Assembly: GCA_046297095.1 (NCBI GenBank)
Contig: JBKCNS010000051.1
Location: 9,958 to 73,957, forward strand
DNA length: 64,000 nt
Source: Candidatus Kapaibacterium sp.
GTDB lineage: Bacteria; Bacteroidota; Ignavibacteria; Kapaibacteriales; NICIL-2
Direction of reading: 5' to 3'
The notes below the pieces were generated by a model. The model was given only the letters and a program-made list of their open reading frames with translations, was not told where the DNA came from and made no database searches. The translations under genes and the position numbers were made by a program. How positions within the stretch are numbered: the stretch's first letter is position 1; every line of letters begins with the position of its first letter. Below are positions 27,728 through 36,607 of the stretch, piece after piece.

Positions 27728-27754
27728 GTAACCTCAGGGTAAACTCTTCGTTAC
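27728..27754 (-). promoter_or_regulatory. Candidate Pho-box-like site (three pentamers at 11-bp period)
   Basis: Minus strand GTAAC-N6-TTTAC-N6-GTTAC, 67-93 bp upstream of the phoX start. Confidence 0.35.
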
Positions 27755-27956
27755 CAAATCCGGGCATAGTATTACCTATTGAAAAAACCACCATCGGATC
27801 TTTTTTTAAACGTGCTAGGCGCACCGGATTGTGTGCACGTGATTCACTCGTCCCTGTAGGTAACATCGACGGTGCGGAATGCTGCAGTGTAGAAACAGCA
27901 GATGCGTCTGGATCAAACAGGGCTTTCCTCCCTGCAGCGTTCGTATTTTGTTTTGT

Positions 27957-27978
27957 ACTACAACCGAAGGTGCGTGAT
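27957..27978 (+). repeat. 22-bp direct repeat, right copy, running into the plsY start codon
   Basis: Identical to 23617-23638; its last two bases are the AT of ATG 27977. Confidence 0.95.
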
Positions 27979-28618
27979 GAACATTGATATTCTCCCCGTC
28001 GTGGCTGCGTTGGCTGCCTACCTTGTGGGCTGCTTTCCCAGCTCCTATCTCTTTGTACGCCTTGCGTCCGGAAAAAATGTTCTGCACGAGGGCACCGGCA
28101 ACATGGGCGGCATGAATAGCTACGAAGTAACCGGCAAGCGCAGGGTGGGAATTGCTGTTGCCCTGTTTGATGCGGCAAAGGGCGCGCTGGTATGCTGGGG
28201 TGCGCATGCTCTGGGAGCAACGCCTACAGTGGTTGCCTACTCTGCCGTTGCAGTGGTATTGGGCCACTGTTACAATGTGTTTTTTAGGTTTCGCGGTGGG
28301 CGCGGCATTGCCACAGCCGCAGGCGTTGGTGCGGTCATCAATCCCTTGCCCTTGCTGCTGTGGGCCTTGATGTACCTGACGGGGTACTATGTGATTCGGC
28401 GGGATATCCATGTGGGGAGCATCACCGGAATACTCGGACTGCTTGTGCTTACCTACACCACGCCCACCACACTGCTGAGCTTAACGATGCTAATGACACC
28501 CTTTGATGTGGGCTTGCTCAAAGGTGTGATCTACATGATGTGTATGATTATGTTCTTGCGCCACATCGAACCAATGCGCGCACTGTTCGAGCGCATGCAA
28601 AACGACATCTCTGAGTAG
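27977..28618 (+). CDS. plsY: Glycerol-3-phosphate acyltransferase PlsY
   Basis: AYLVGCFPSSY, GTGNMGGMNSY, FDAAKG, GHCYNVFFRFRGGRGIATAAG and RHIE. Confidence 0.93.
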   Translation: MNIDILPVVAALAAYLVGCFPSSYLFVRLASGKNVLHEGTGNMGGMNSYEVTGKRRVGIAVALFDAAKGALVCWGAHALGATPTVVAYSAVAVVLGHCYNVFFRFRGGRGIATAAGVGAVINPLPLLLWALMYLTGYYVIRRDIHVGSITGILGLLVLTYTTPTTLLSLTMLMTPFDVGLLKGVIYMMCMIMFLRHIEPMRALFERMQNDISE

Positions 28619-28676
28619 TGACAAAGCTGTTCGCCTTTCCGTATCACATCCTGTTTCACCTCCATAGCTGTCCATC

Positions 28677-30074
28677 ATGACTCCGCTGTCGACGCTTCGC
28701 TCTATCAACCCGGCCACGAACTCTTTGCTTGCGGAAGTGGACGTGATGACCGAATGGGAGATTGAGCACTCTCTTACTGCGGTTCATCGCAGTTATGCGG
28801 GCTGGAAACAGGTGCCATTGGACGAACGCTGCGAGCGGGTGTCGGCGCTTGCCGCGTTGCTGCGCCGGTATGCGGAAGAAACATCGCTCATGATGTGCAA
28901 CGAGATGGGCAAACCCATTGTGCAAGCTCGAGCAGAGATAGAAAAATGTGCTGCTGCATGCGCATTCTATGCCCGGGAAGCCGCATCAATGCTGGCGCCG
29001 GAGGATTTGCTTGCTAATTCCCACGGCGCAACCCCGGCGGACTTCCGCAGCGTGCGTATGGAATACGAAGCTCTGGGCGTGGTGCTCGCTATCATGCCAT
29101 GGAACTTTCCCTATTGGCAAGCTATTCGCGCAGTGGTCCCGGCAATTCTTGCGGGCAACACCGTACTGCTGAAGCCGGCTCCTGAAGTTCCTTTGAGCGC
29201 GGAGATGCTGCAACGATTGTTCGACGCCGCCGGCTTAGGCAATGGCATTGTGTGCACACTACGCGCCACCAACGAGCAAACGCAGCAATGCATTGCGGAC
29301 AAACGCGTGGCTGCCGTTACATTCACGGGCAGTACGCGCGGGGGTAAAGAAGTGGCAGCGCAGGCCGGAAGATTTTTGAAGAAAACCGTGCTGGAACTTG
29401 GCGGAAGCGACGCCGTGTGCGTGTGCGACGACGCCGACATTTCTCTTGCGGCAAGCATCGCTATGCGGTCCCGGCTTGTGAACAGCGGTCAGAGCTGCAT
29501 AGCCGCTAAGCGCTGCGTGGTGATGCGTGAAGTAGCAGATCAGTTCGAGCAGGCAGTAAGCCGCGAAGTGCTCCGCGCTGTAACGGGCGATCCCAAAGAT
29601 GAAGCCACTACCGTGGGTCCTCTTGCTCGACGTGATCTTTGCGATACACTTCACGAGCAAGTTCAGCAAAGCATCAGCCAAGGCGCGCGGGTACTGGTGG
29701 ATGGCGGCCCCACCGGCGCCGGTTGTTTTTTTGCCCCCATGGTTGTTTCTGATATAAAGCCCGGCATGCCGATGTATGAAGAAGAAGTTTTTGGTCCGGC
29801 GCTGGCAATTATCATCGTGGACAGCGAGGAAGAAATGATTCGTGTAGCCAACGACACTCGCTATGGTTTGGGTGCAACGGTGGTGAGCACCAACGAGCAG
29901 CGCGCACATCGCATTGCCGGTGCCTTGCAGGCAGGCGTGGTATTTATCAACGATATGGTGCGCTCGGACGTGCGCTTTCCTTTTGGAGGTTGTAAAGAGT
30001 CCGGTTGGGGACGCGAACTGGGCGCACATGGCATTCGCGAGTTCACGAATATCAAGATTGTGGCGGCGGCGTAA
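28677..30074 (+). CDS. NAD-dependent succinate-semialdehyde dehydrogenase (aldehyde dehydrogenase family)
   Basis: EMGKP, IMPWNFPYWQ, GNTVLLKPA, FTGS, LELGGSD, NSGQSCIAAKR, EEVFGP and FGGCKESGWGRELG. Confidence 0.92.
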   Translation: MTPLSTLRSINPATNSLLAEVDVMTEWEIEHSLTAVHRSYAGWKQVPLDERCERVSALAALLRRYAEETSLMMCNEMGKPIVQARAEIEKCAAACAFYAREAASMLAPEDLLANSHGATPADFRSVRMEYEALGVVLAIMPWNFPYWQAIRAVVPAILAGNTVLLKPAPEVPLSAEMLQRLFDAAGLGNGIVCTLRATNEQTQQCIADKRVAAVTFTGSTRGGKEVAAQAGRFLKKTVLELGGSDAVCVCDDADISLAASIAMRSRLVNSGQSCIAAKRCVVMREVADQFEQAVSREVLRAVTGDPKDEATTVGPLARRDLCDTLHEQVQQSISQGARVLVDGGPTGAGCFFAPMVVSDIKPGMPMYEEEVFGPALAIIIVDSEEEMIRVANDTRYGLGATVVSTNEQRAHRIAGALQAGVVFINDMVRSDVRFPFGGCKESGWGRELGAHGIREFTNIKIVAAA

Positions 30075-30270
30075 CAGCTTTTTGGCCCTCTATAGCCGCA
30101 AAACAAGCGGTTCCGGCGGTGCTCGTTTTTTTTCTGTTCAAGCAGCGAACAGGCAGCGGGAAATTTCGGATCTTGCTCGTACTCCAGGGCGCATTATCAC
30201 ATGTAGCTAGCACTGCTAGCCCCGGCGATTCTTCCGCGCCGGCGCTCGCCATGGATATCGTTCGTTTATC

Positions 30271-30312
30271 TCTTCAGAGATTCATCTTCAGAAATTCATC
30301 TTCAGAAATTCA
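30271..30312 (+). repeat. 14-bp tandem repeat x3 upstream of dnaX
   Basis: TCTTCAGAGATTCA TCTTCAGAAATTCA TCTTCAGAAATTCA. Confidence 0.9.
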
Positions 30313-30322
30313 AGCATCGATT

Positions 30323-32227
30323 ATGTCAGCAAGCACTCAAGAATCTATGGACTCCATGCAGACGGCACCTGCATATACGGTTACGGCGCGCAAGTATCGC
30401 CCGCAGCTGTTTGGCGATGTGGTGGGTCAGGAGCATATCTCTACAACGCTCACCAACGCTATTACGCAGCATCGCGTGCATCATGCGTATTTGTTTTGCG
30501 GACCGCGGGGCGTTGGTAAAACCACCACCGCAAGGATTTTCGCTCGCGCATTGAATTGCTCGAATCCTATTGGCGGCGTGGAGCCGTGCAACGAGTGTTC
30601 ATCCTGCTTGGATATTCTTAATGGCAGGTCTCTGGATGTGATAGAAATAGACGGTGCTTCGAATAATTCTGTGGACGACATCCGCAAACTGCGCGAGAAC
30701 GCCAAGTACCCGCCGGTGCACGGCAAGTACAAGATGTACATCATCGACGAGGTGCACATGCTCTCCACTTCGGCCTTCAATGCCCTGTTGAAGACACTGG
30801 AGGAGCCGCCCCCGCACTTGCTGTTCATGTTTGCCACAACCGAATCGCACAAGGTTCCTGCTACTATCGTAAGCCGCTGCCAGCGTTTTGATTTTCGGCG
30901 CATGCAAATTGAGTCCATCGTACATCACCTGGCGTCTATTGCGGCAAAGGAACACGTGGTGATTGATGAAGAGTCTCTTATGGCTATTGCAAAAAAGGGC
31001 GACGGCTCCATGCGAGACTCGCAGAGCATTTTTGATCAAGTGCGCGCCTTTTGCGGAGACACTATTGCTTTCAGCGAAGTGGCCAACGCGCTGCATTTAT
31101 TGGACGAAGAGTTTTTCTTTGCTATCAGCGATGCCATGCTGGAAAAAAACACTGCCATCATGTTCGGACTGGTGGATCAGGTGGTGAGCAAAGGCTACGA
31201 CATTCACGAGTGCTTGAGCGGAATGCAGATGCACTTCCGGAATATTCTGAGTGTGGTATCTACCGGATCCACACATCTGATTGAGTCGTCGTCGGCAATA
31301 CTTGAGCGCTATACCGCATCGGCCGCGCGCTTCCGCCAGGCAGAGGTGCTGCGCATCATGAGCATGATTTCCAGAACGGAACAACAGCTAAAGCTCTCAG
31401 CGCAGCCGCGAGCACTCTTCGAAGTTCTCTTGGTGAGTTTGGCATCGCTGGATGATATCGTAGAGATCTCCGAGCTGGTGCGCGAGATTCGCGAAGCAAA
31501 GAAAGGCGGCACTAAAGTGAATATGTTGAGTTCCGCCGTTCATGCCACCACGCCGGTACCACCGCCCGAGGTCATTGCTAAAAGAGCAGCCGCTGCGGAA
31601 GCACGCACCATGCTTGCAACGGCAGCTGTGCAGACCCGGCCCATTGCTGCAACGCGTGTGGCAACGCGGCCTGCAGCGACAGCAACTACCTCCGTACGCA
31701 ATACAGCGCCTGCTACCGACTCTGCTACCGGCTCTACTACCGACTCTGCTACCGGCACGGTGAGCGCGTCTGTTTTAGAGAATCGTTGGGATGAGTTTGT
31801 GAGCTCATTGCCGCCATCGTTGGCCGGAGTGAAAATGGCGTTAAAGACAGGTCAGTATAGCATGGTGGAATTCTCCGACGCCGACATACATGTAGTGGTG
31901 CGCTCGGAAGAGTTTATGTATAAAGACATTTCCGCTTCCAAGGCAGCATTAGGAACCCGGCTGGAGAAATTCTATGGCTCTCACGTTCGTGTGCGTGTGT
32001 CGTACGCCGGTGCCGAGAACATTGATACTGCCGCGTCTGCAGGCGATGCAACTGTGAGTGCCGATACCACAGCAGCAGTAGGGACCATGCAGGGGAATTC
32101 AGCTCATGGTGCTGCTCAGAGCACTGCCAAAGGCACCGCTCAGGGCACGCCTTCAGAGAAATCTACCGTTGAGCGCATTCTGGTAGAGGCCTTCGGTGCA
32201 AAGAAGATTCCGCTTCCCGGAACCTAA
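30323..32227 (+). CDS. dnaX: DNA polymerase III subunit gamma/tau
   Basis: ARKYRPQLF, GPRGVGKTT, CNECSSC zinc site, EIDGASNN, IIDEVHMLS and SRCQRFDF. Start is ATG 30323 or a nearby downstream ATG; the ORF track start at 30005 overlaps the upstream gene. Confidence 0.96.
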   Translation: MSASTQESMDSMQTAPAYTVTARKYRPQLFGDVVGQEHISTTLTNAITQHRVHHAYLFCGPRGVGKTTTARIFARALNCSNPIGGVEPCNECSSCLDILNGRSLDVIEIDGASNNSVDDIRKLRENAKYPPVHGKYKMYIIDEVHMLSTSAFNALLKTLEEPPPHLLFMFATTESHKVPATIVSRCQRFDFRRMQIESIVHHLASIAAKEHVVIDEESLMAIAKKGDGSMRDSQSIFDQVRAFCGDTIAFSEVANALHLLDEEFFFAISDAMLEKNTAIMFGLVDQVVSKGYDIHECLSGMQMHFRNILSVVSTGSTHLIESSSAILERYTASAARFRQAEVLRIMSMISRTEQQLKLSAQPRALFEVLLVSLASLDDIVEISELVREIREAKKGGTKVNMLSSAVHATTPVPPPEVIAKRAAAAEARTMLATAAVQTRPIAATRVATRPAATATTSVRNTAPATDSATGSTTDSATGTVSASVLENRWDEFVSSLPPSLAGVKMALKTGQYSMVEFSDADIHVVVRSEEFMYKDISASKAALGTRLEKFYGSHVRVRVSYAGAENIDTAASAGDATVSADTTAAVGTMQGNSAHGAAQSTAKGTAQGTPSEKSTVERILVEAFGAKKIPLPGT

Positions 32228-32279
32228 GAATGCTGCCTGAGTATGTGCAGGTGTTTGCAGGTAGTTGCAAACAATCAGC

Positions 32280-33350
32280 TCACCCTTCGGTGCACGATCG
32301 CATATACTCGTGCACGCAGGCGCGCAAGCCTTCCTCGAAGGGTATGGCTGCCTTCCAACCCAGTTTGGCAGCGCGGGAAACCGACAGGCATTTAGACGGC
32401 ACACCATCGGGCTTTGAGCGGTCGTACGCAAGGCTTCCGGCGAAGCCCACCATATCGGCAATGCGCTGAGCTACATCGCGCAGCGTTAGGTCCATACCGG
32501 TACCGATGTTCACCAGTTCTCCGGCATATCCGGCCGAAACATTATTCATAAAGTGCAGTGCCGCTGCAGCCACATCGTCTGCATGAAGAAACTCGCGCCG
32601 CACCAGGCCACTACCCCATAGCACTACTGCATCGGCGGTGATACCCCGCTCGGCCAATAATGCAACGGCTTCGTTATCGGTAAAGCGTTGCGACTTCAGC
32701 ACACCAAAGCCTACGTCTCGCTGTGCAAGGTCTCGCTGTATAGACGCAAAGTCCCGCTTCGCAAGCAGTGCTGCGAGCGTGAACTTGCGTATCAGTGCCG
32801 GCAATGCGTGTGATGTTTCCAAATTGTAGTTGTCGTTCGGGCCATACAGATTGGTGGGCATCAACGACAAATAATCGGTGCCGTATTGCTCGTTGTAATA
32901 CTGACACATTTTCACACCGGCAATCTTTGCAATGGCATAGGGTTCGTTTGTGTGCTCCAGCCGGCCCGTAAGGAGCATGTCTTCCGTCATAGGCTGAGCG
33001 GCGCGGCGCGGATAAATGCACGACGATCCTAGGTTCACCAGCTTACGCACACCCGAACGCCGTGCAGCTTCAATCACATTCGTGGTGATCATGATATTCT
33101 GATACATGAACTCACCGCGATAGGTGGCATTGGCATAAATACCCCCAACTTTCGCAGCAGCAAGAAACACGTACTCCGGCTTCTCCCGCTCAAAGAACTC
33201 TGTGACATCGGCTTGGTTCAGAAGGTCCAGCCGGGCATGCGGTACGCACAGCGTATTGGCGTAACCCTTGGCATGAAGCAGGCGGGTAATGGCACTGCCC
33301 ACCAAACCACTGTGGCCGGCAATGTATATGCGGGAATCGGCGTTCATCAT
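32280..33350 (-). CDS. fcl: GDP-L-fucose synthase
   Basis: IYIAGHSGLVGSA, AAAKVGGIYAN, LGSSCIYP, YAIAK, PTNLYGPNDN and WGSG..RREFLH. Confidence 0.95.
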   Translation of the reverse strand: MMNADSRIYIAGHSGLVGSAITRLLHAKGYANTLCVPHARLDLLNQADVTEFFEREKPEYVFLAAAKVGGIYANATYRGEFMYQNIMITTNVIEAARRSGVRKLVNLGSSCIYPRRAAQPMTEDMLLTGRLEHTNEPYAIAKIAGVKMCQYYNEQYGTDYLSLMPTNLYGPNDNYNLETSHALPALIRKFTLAALLAKRDFASIQRDLAQRDVGFGVLKSQRFTDNEAVALLAERGITADAVVLWGSGLVRREFLHADDVAAAALHFMNNVSAGYAGELVNIGTGMDLTLRDVAQRIADMVGFAGSLAYDRSKPDGVPSKCLSVSRAAKLGWKAAIPFEEGLRACVHEYMRSCTEG

Positions 33351-33578
33351 GATTCAAGGATAGGAAAAAAATCAACACGTTCTGAGGTACCTGAGCCAAT
33401 TAGCCGATGTGAGAGTACGGCATCGGGCCCGCCGGCATCGGTTCATGCTCACGCGGGGTTTTTGTAAGTTGCACCAACAAGGATTGTGAAAGGCAGGCAT
33501 TGGACATAAGCCGCAGCGGCATTTGCAAAGAACAGCAGTATTGTACCTAAACATCGGTACCTTCCGCGGGAACACGTC

Positions 33579-35861
33579 ATGGTAGTGACAAGTCAGGATA
33601 TACTTCGCGAATGCACCGCAGCGCTGGAAACTCTGCGGGAGGACTCATCCGTTGCCGATCTTCGGGCGCACGTTCTGGCGTTGCTTGCGTTATCCAAGTC
33701 GCATTTGCTTCCGCCGCATCAGCAGTCTCTTACTGCACTGGGAAGCAATCTTAATACCGCGCTCAGCTCTCTGGAGCGCATGGATCCTTTGCTTCGAAAC
33801 ATCAGCACGTTAATCTCGTTCGAGAACCTTCCGGATGGAAGGCCCATAGAGCCAACACTTCTCAAGGCGGCCATTGCAGCGGTATCATCCGTACGCACCG
33901 ACGATGCCTTGCTTATCTCTCGTGCTGCCGAGGCCTTCTGCTTTCAGCATGCCACCATTGAAGAATCGTTTTTTCTGAATCCGCTCTTACTGCGCCTGAT
34001 ACCCTTGCATGGAAGTGCATCGGTGCTGGACATGCAATGCGGCTCGGGGCTGCGAGCTGTGCAGGCACAGCGGCGCGTATTCGAGAGCAGTTCAGGAACA
34101 TCGCTTGCACGTGCATTGCGCTGCTCACTGGAAGAAGACGACAGAGATGCCGAGTGCAGAGCTCGTCTGCTGGCGTATTTGTGTGGCCTTACGGCTACGA
34201 TGTCGCCATCGGGAACAGCTCTGGCTCCAAGCATGAATTCGCAGCGTGAGTTCGATCGCATGTTTGTGGAAACTCGAGACCGCGTGCCCGATATCGCAGG
34301 CGTACTGCGGCGAATGGGCGAGCATACCATTTGCGCGCTTATACTTTCGGACATCGCAGCCGGATGCATGACAAAGAAAGATTTGTCGTTGCTTCTGGAC
34401 CGCGATGTGCTTGATTGCGTTGTTACTCTGCGCAGCGGCGTGCGCGCGCCATGGCACGTGATGATACTTCGCGGACGCAAGCCGGTGGAGCGTAGGCATC
34501 GCGTGTTGTTCTACGATCATATCGATCCCTTCGACGGCCCGGGTATCGATGCCTTGAGTGCAGAGACCATTGCCGAGGCCTGTGAACGATTCAGCTCTGC
34601 AGGGCGCCATTGCCGCGTGTTGCATCGCAACGATGTGGTGGCACTCGGCGATCATACCGACATCGTGCACGATGTGCATATAGGCACAACACCCGAACCC
34701 TCGGCCGTGCTTGGTTCAGCTGAATTCCATGAGCTCGACGACCGCATGCGCATGCGGGGATTTGATGTGCACTCGCTGTTTCGATTCAATGCCCGCGATG
34801 CCGTGTACGAGCCGCTGATAGCAGACCGGCGCTTGCTTCGCATTGCCGTGGCTTCCGCTCCGGCACTGAAGAACGCAGAGGTACGCACGCACTACTCCTT
34901 TGCCGTGTGGTGGAGCATGACGGCCCCGCTGCTTGGCATTGCCGACGCGGGCATTAGTGAATTGCACGACACCTTCGAGCGAGATATCAGCAAAGAAGGC
35001 GTGCTTATGCCACGTCAAGCACGGGCAATTTTCCGCGAGTGGTGGTGGGAGATCGATGATGATCGCACGGTATTGTCGCTGTACGGAGCGTCGGTAGTAG
35101 CTCACACATGGATGGATGCCTTACTTGCCCAAGCCGAGCGCAAGGGAACGAACTTCTGGTTTGAGTTGGATGTATCAAGCAGAACACTGCTGGAGTTTTT
35201 GTGCCCGGACTTAGTGCGTAAACTGGTGCGGCACGACGAGCAGGCCGAGTCTTTACTGCGCAGTATTGATGAGCTTGCAGAACAAGCGCCGCGAAATCTT
35301 GCCGAGCTTATGGTGCGCCGCCGCGAAGAATATGTAACGGCAAACATTCCCCGCTCGCGCATGTTCGAGACCGCAGCTATGGAGCGTATGGCAGAACTGA
35401 AGGCCGTGGTACATAGTATCAAGGCACGCATGAACAGCCTGCATGCCCAAGCAAAGGAGCATCGCACGGACGAACATCGCACCACGCAGTTCGACGACAC
35501 TACTTCCCTGCAAGACAGTGTTGGTGCGCTTCTTACGCAAATCGTGCCTGCGCAAAGCGAAATGAAACTGCTGGAGAAATCCTTGGCGCCGGTGGTGAAT
35601 CTGCAACGCAAGCGCGACCGCGAGCTTATGGCGTTGCAGGAGTTCAGCAGTCAGTTGCTTCCGGACTTACGCATGGTACGGAGCACCTTCTCGCCGCGTA
35701 ATGCGCGCTCGCTTGTACAGTTGCAATTCCGAGATGCGTTGTCCAGACGCCTTGAGGCAGCCATTGTGGCAAACCGCGATGCAATCATCTACGACTTAGA
35801 ACAAGTGTGGCATCGCTTCGATGAGGCCGCTGCTTTATCGGCAGTGGAAGTAGCCGAGTAG
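33579..35861 (+). CDS. Degenerate type I restriction-modification M-subunit (HsdM)-like protein
   Basis: 760 aa. HsdM_N-like start, motif I VLDMQCGSG, FDRMFVETRD in place of FD....NPPF, DVLDCVVTL...ILRGRKP..RRHRVLFYD, and C-terminal AVWW / FREWW helices of long-form HsdM. Confidence 0.7.
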   Translation: MVVTSQDILRECTAALETLREDSSVADLRAHVLALLALSKSHLLPPHQQSLTALGSNLNTALSSLERMDPLLRNISTLISFENLPDGRPIEPTLLKAAIAAVSSVRTDDALLISRAAEAFCFQHATIEESFFLNPLLLRLIPLHGSASVLDMQCGSGLRAVQAQRRVFESSSGTSLARALRCSLEEDDRDAECRARLLAYLCGLTATMSPSGTALAPSMNSQREFDRMFVETRDRVPDIAGVLRRMGEHTICALILSDIAAGCMTKKDLSLLLDRDVLDCVVTLRSGVRAPWHVMILRGRKPVERRHRVLFYDHIDPFDGPGIDALSAETIAEACERFSSAGRHCRVLHRNDVVALGDHTDIVHDVHIGTTPEPSAVLGSAEFHELDDRMRMRGFDVHSLFRFNARDAVYEPLIADRRLLRIAVASAPALKNAEVRTHYSFAVWWSMTAPLLGIADAGISELHDTFERDISKEGVLMPRQARAIFREWWWEIDDDRTVLSLYGASVVAHTWMDALLAQAERKGTNFWFELDVSSRTLLEFLCPDLVRKLVRHDEQAESLLRSIDELAEQAPRNLAELMVRRREEYVTANIPRSRMFETAAMERMAELKAVVHSIKARMNSLHAQAKEHRTDEHRTTQFDDTTSLQDSVGALLTQIVPAQSEMKLLEKSLAPVVNLQRKRDRELMALQEFSSQLLPDLRMVRSTFSPRNARSLVQLQFRDALSRRLEAAIVANRDAIIYDLEQVWHRFDEAAALSAVEVAE

Positions 35862-35904
35862 TATAGACCCCGATTAGAGACCACTCCGGTAAATCGAGCC
35901 TGCG

Positions 35905-36462
35905 TCAATCTTCGCCGCGCACTAAGGCTTCCGCGCGCTGCAGCGTAGCACCAAGATCGTCGTTCACAATCACCTCGTCGAACTCGTGGCGAAACGACAT
36001 CTCCATTTCCGCGCGCTCCAAACGAACGCGAAGCTGATCTTCGCTTTCGGTGCTGCGCGAACGCAACCGAGATTCCAGAATAGTAAGGTCTGGCGGTGCA
36101 ATGAACACCAGCAGTGTATCCTCCGGGAAGGCACGGCGCAGAGACAGCGCGCCTTTCACATCAACATCAAAAAGTATAGTCTCGCCCGCATCAATTGCCC
36201 GTTGTACTTCTGAACGCAATGTGCCATAAAGATTACCGAAGATCTCCTCGTACTCGATCATGTCTCCCGAACCCACACGATCCACAAACTCCTGACGTGT
36301 CAGAAAAAAATAATCGCGACCGTGTTCTTCGTTCGGGCGCTTGGTGCGTGTGGTGGCCGAAATACTGAAACGCCAATCGGGATGAACCGAAAGCAAATGC
36401 CGCGCTACCGTGGTTTTACCGGCGCCGCTGGGTGCAGAAAGTACAATGAGATTTTTTCGCAC
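35905..36462 (-). CDS. gmk: Guanylate kinase
   Basis: SAPSGAGKTT, FSISATTR.KRPNEEHGRDYFF, YGT and DVDVKGA. Confidence 0.97.
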   Translation of the reverse strand: MRKNLIVLSAPSGAGKTTVARHLLSVHPDWRFSISATTRTKRPNEEHGRDYFFLTRQEFVDRVGSGDMIEYEEIFGNLYGTLRSEVQRAIDAGETILFDVDVKGALSLRRAFPEDTLLVFIAPPDLTILESRLRSRSTESEDQLRVRLERAEMEMSFRHEFDEVIVNDDLGATLQRAEALVRGED

Positions 36463-36607
36463 GCGAAGTCCTCTTGGCAGGAATAACAGTAGTACCTCAA
36501 TCCTGCTTGCGCAGGAATGGAGTGGTTGATGATTTGTTTACAATACGTTGGTGCTAGTGTCGATGCTTGCACGTACCCGGCGCTGTCGGCGTTGATGCCG
36601 GCACACA

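Larger units (their letters stand above)
23617..27978. mobile_element. Putative horizontally acquired islet (phoX + di-haem peroxidase) flanked by direct repeats; no recombinase present
   Basis: Perfect 22-bp terminal direct repeats. The interior is AT-richer: line 24001-24060 has 28/60 G+C against 42/60 for line 22021-22080, but these are only two hand-counted samples. Confidence 0.55.

Noticed and set aside
30075-30322. SRP RNA (ffs) upstream of dnaX
   Set aside because: The conserved SRP domain IV motif was not seen.
30005-30322. N-terminal extension of DnaX suggested by the ORF track
   Set aside because: It overlaps the ALDH 3' end and reads through intergenic repeats; homology begins near ARKYRP.
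31490-31590. Programmed -1 frameshift in dnaX (gamma subunit)
   Set aside because: GCA AAG AAA and GCT AAA AGA are not X XXY YYZ slippery heptamers, although a -1 stop lies nearby; there is no support.
32620-32790. Insertion of about 45 aa in Fcl
   Set aside because: A similar insertion is, to my recollection, common in Bacteroidota Fcl proteins, so it is not novel.
33351-35904. Active type I R-M locus or inserted element around the HsdM-like gene
   Set aside because: No hsdS or hsdR, no catalytic NPPF/Y, and no flanking direct repeats were found by eye.
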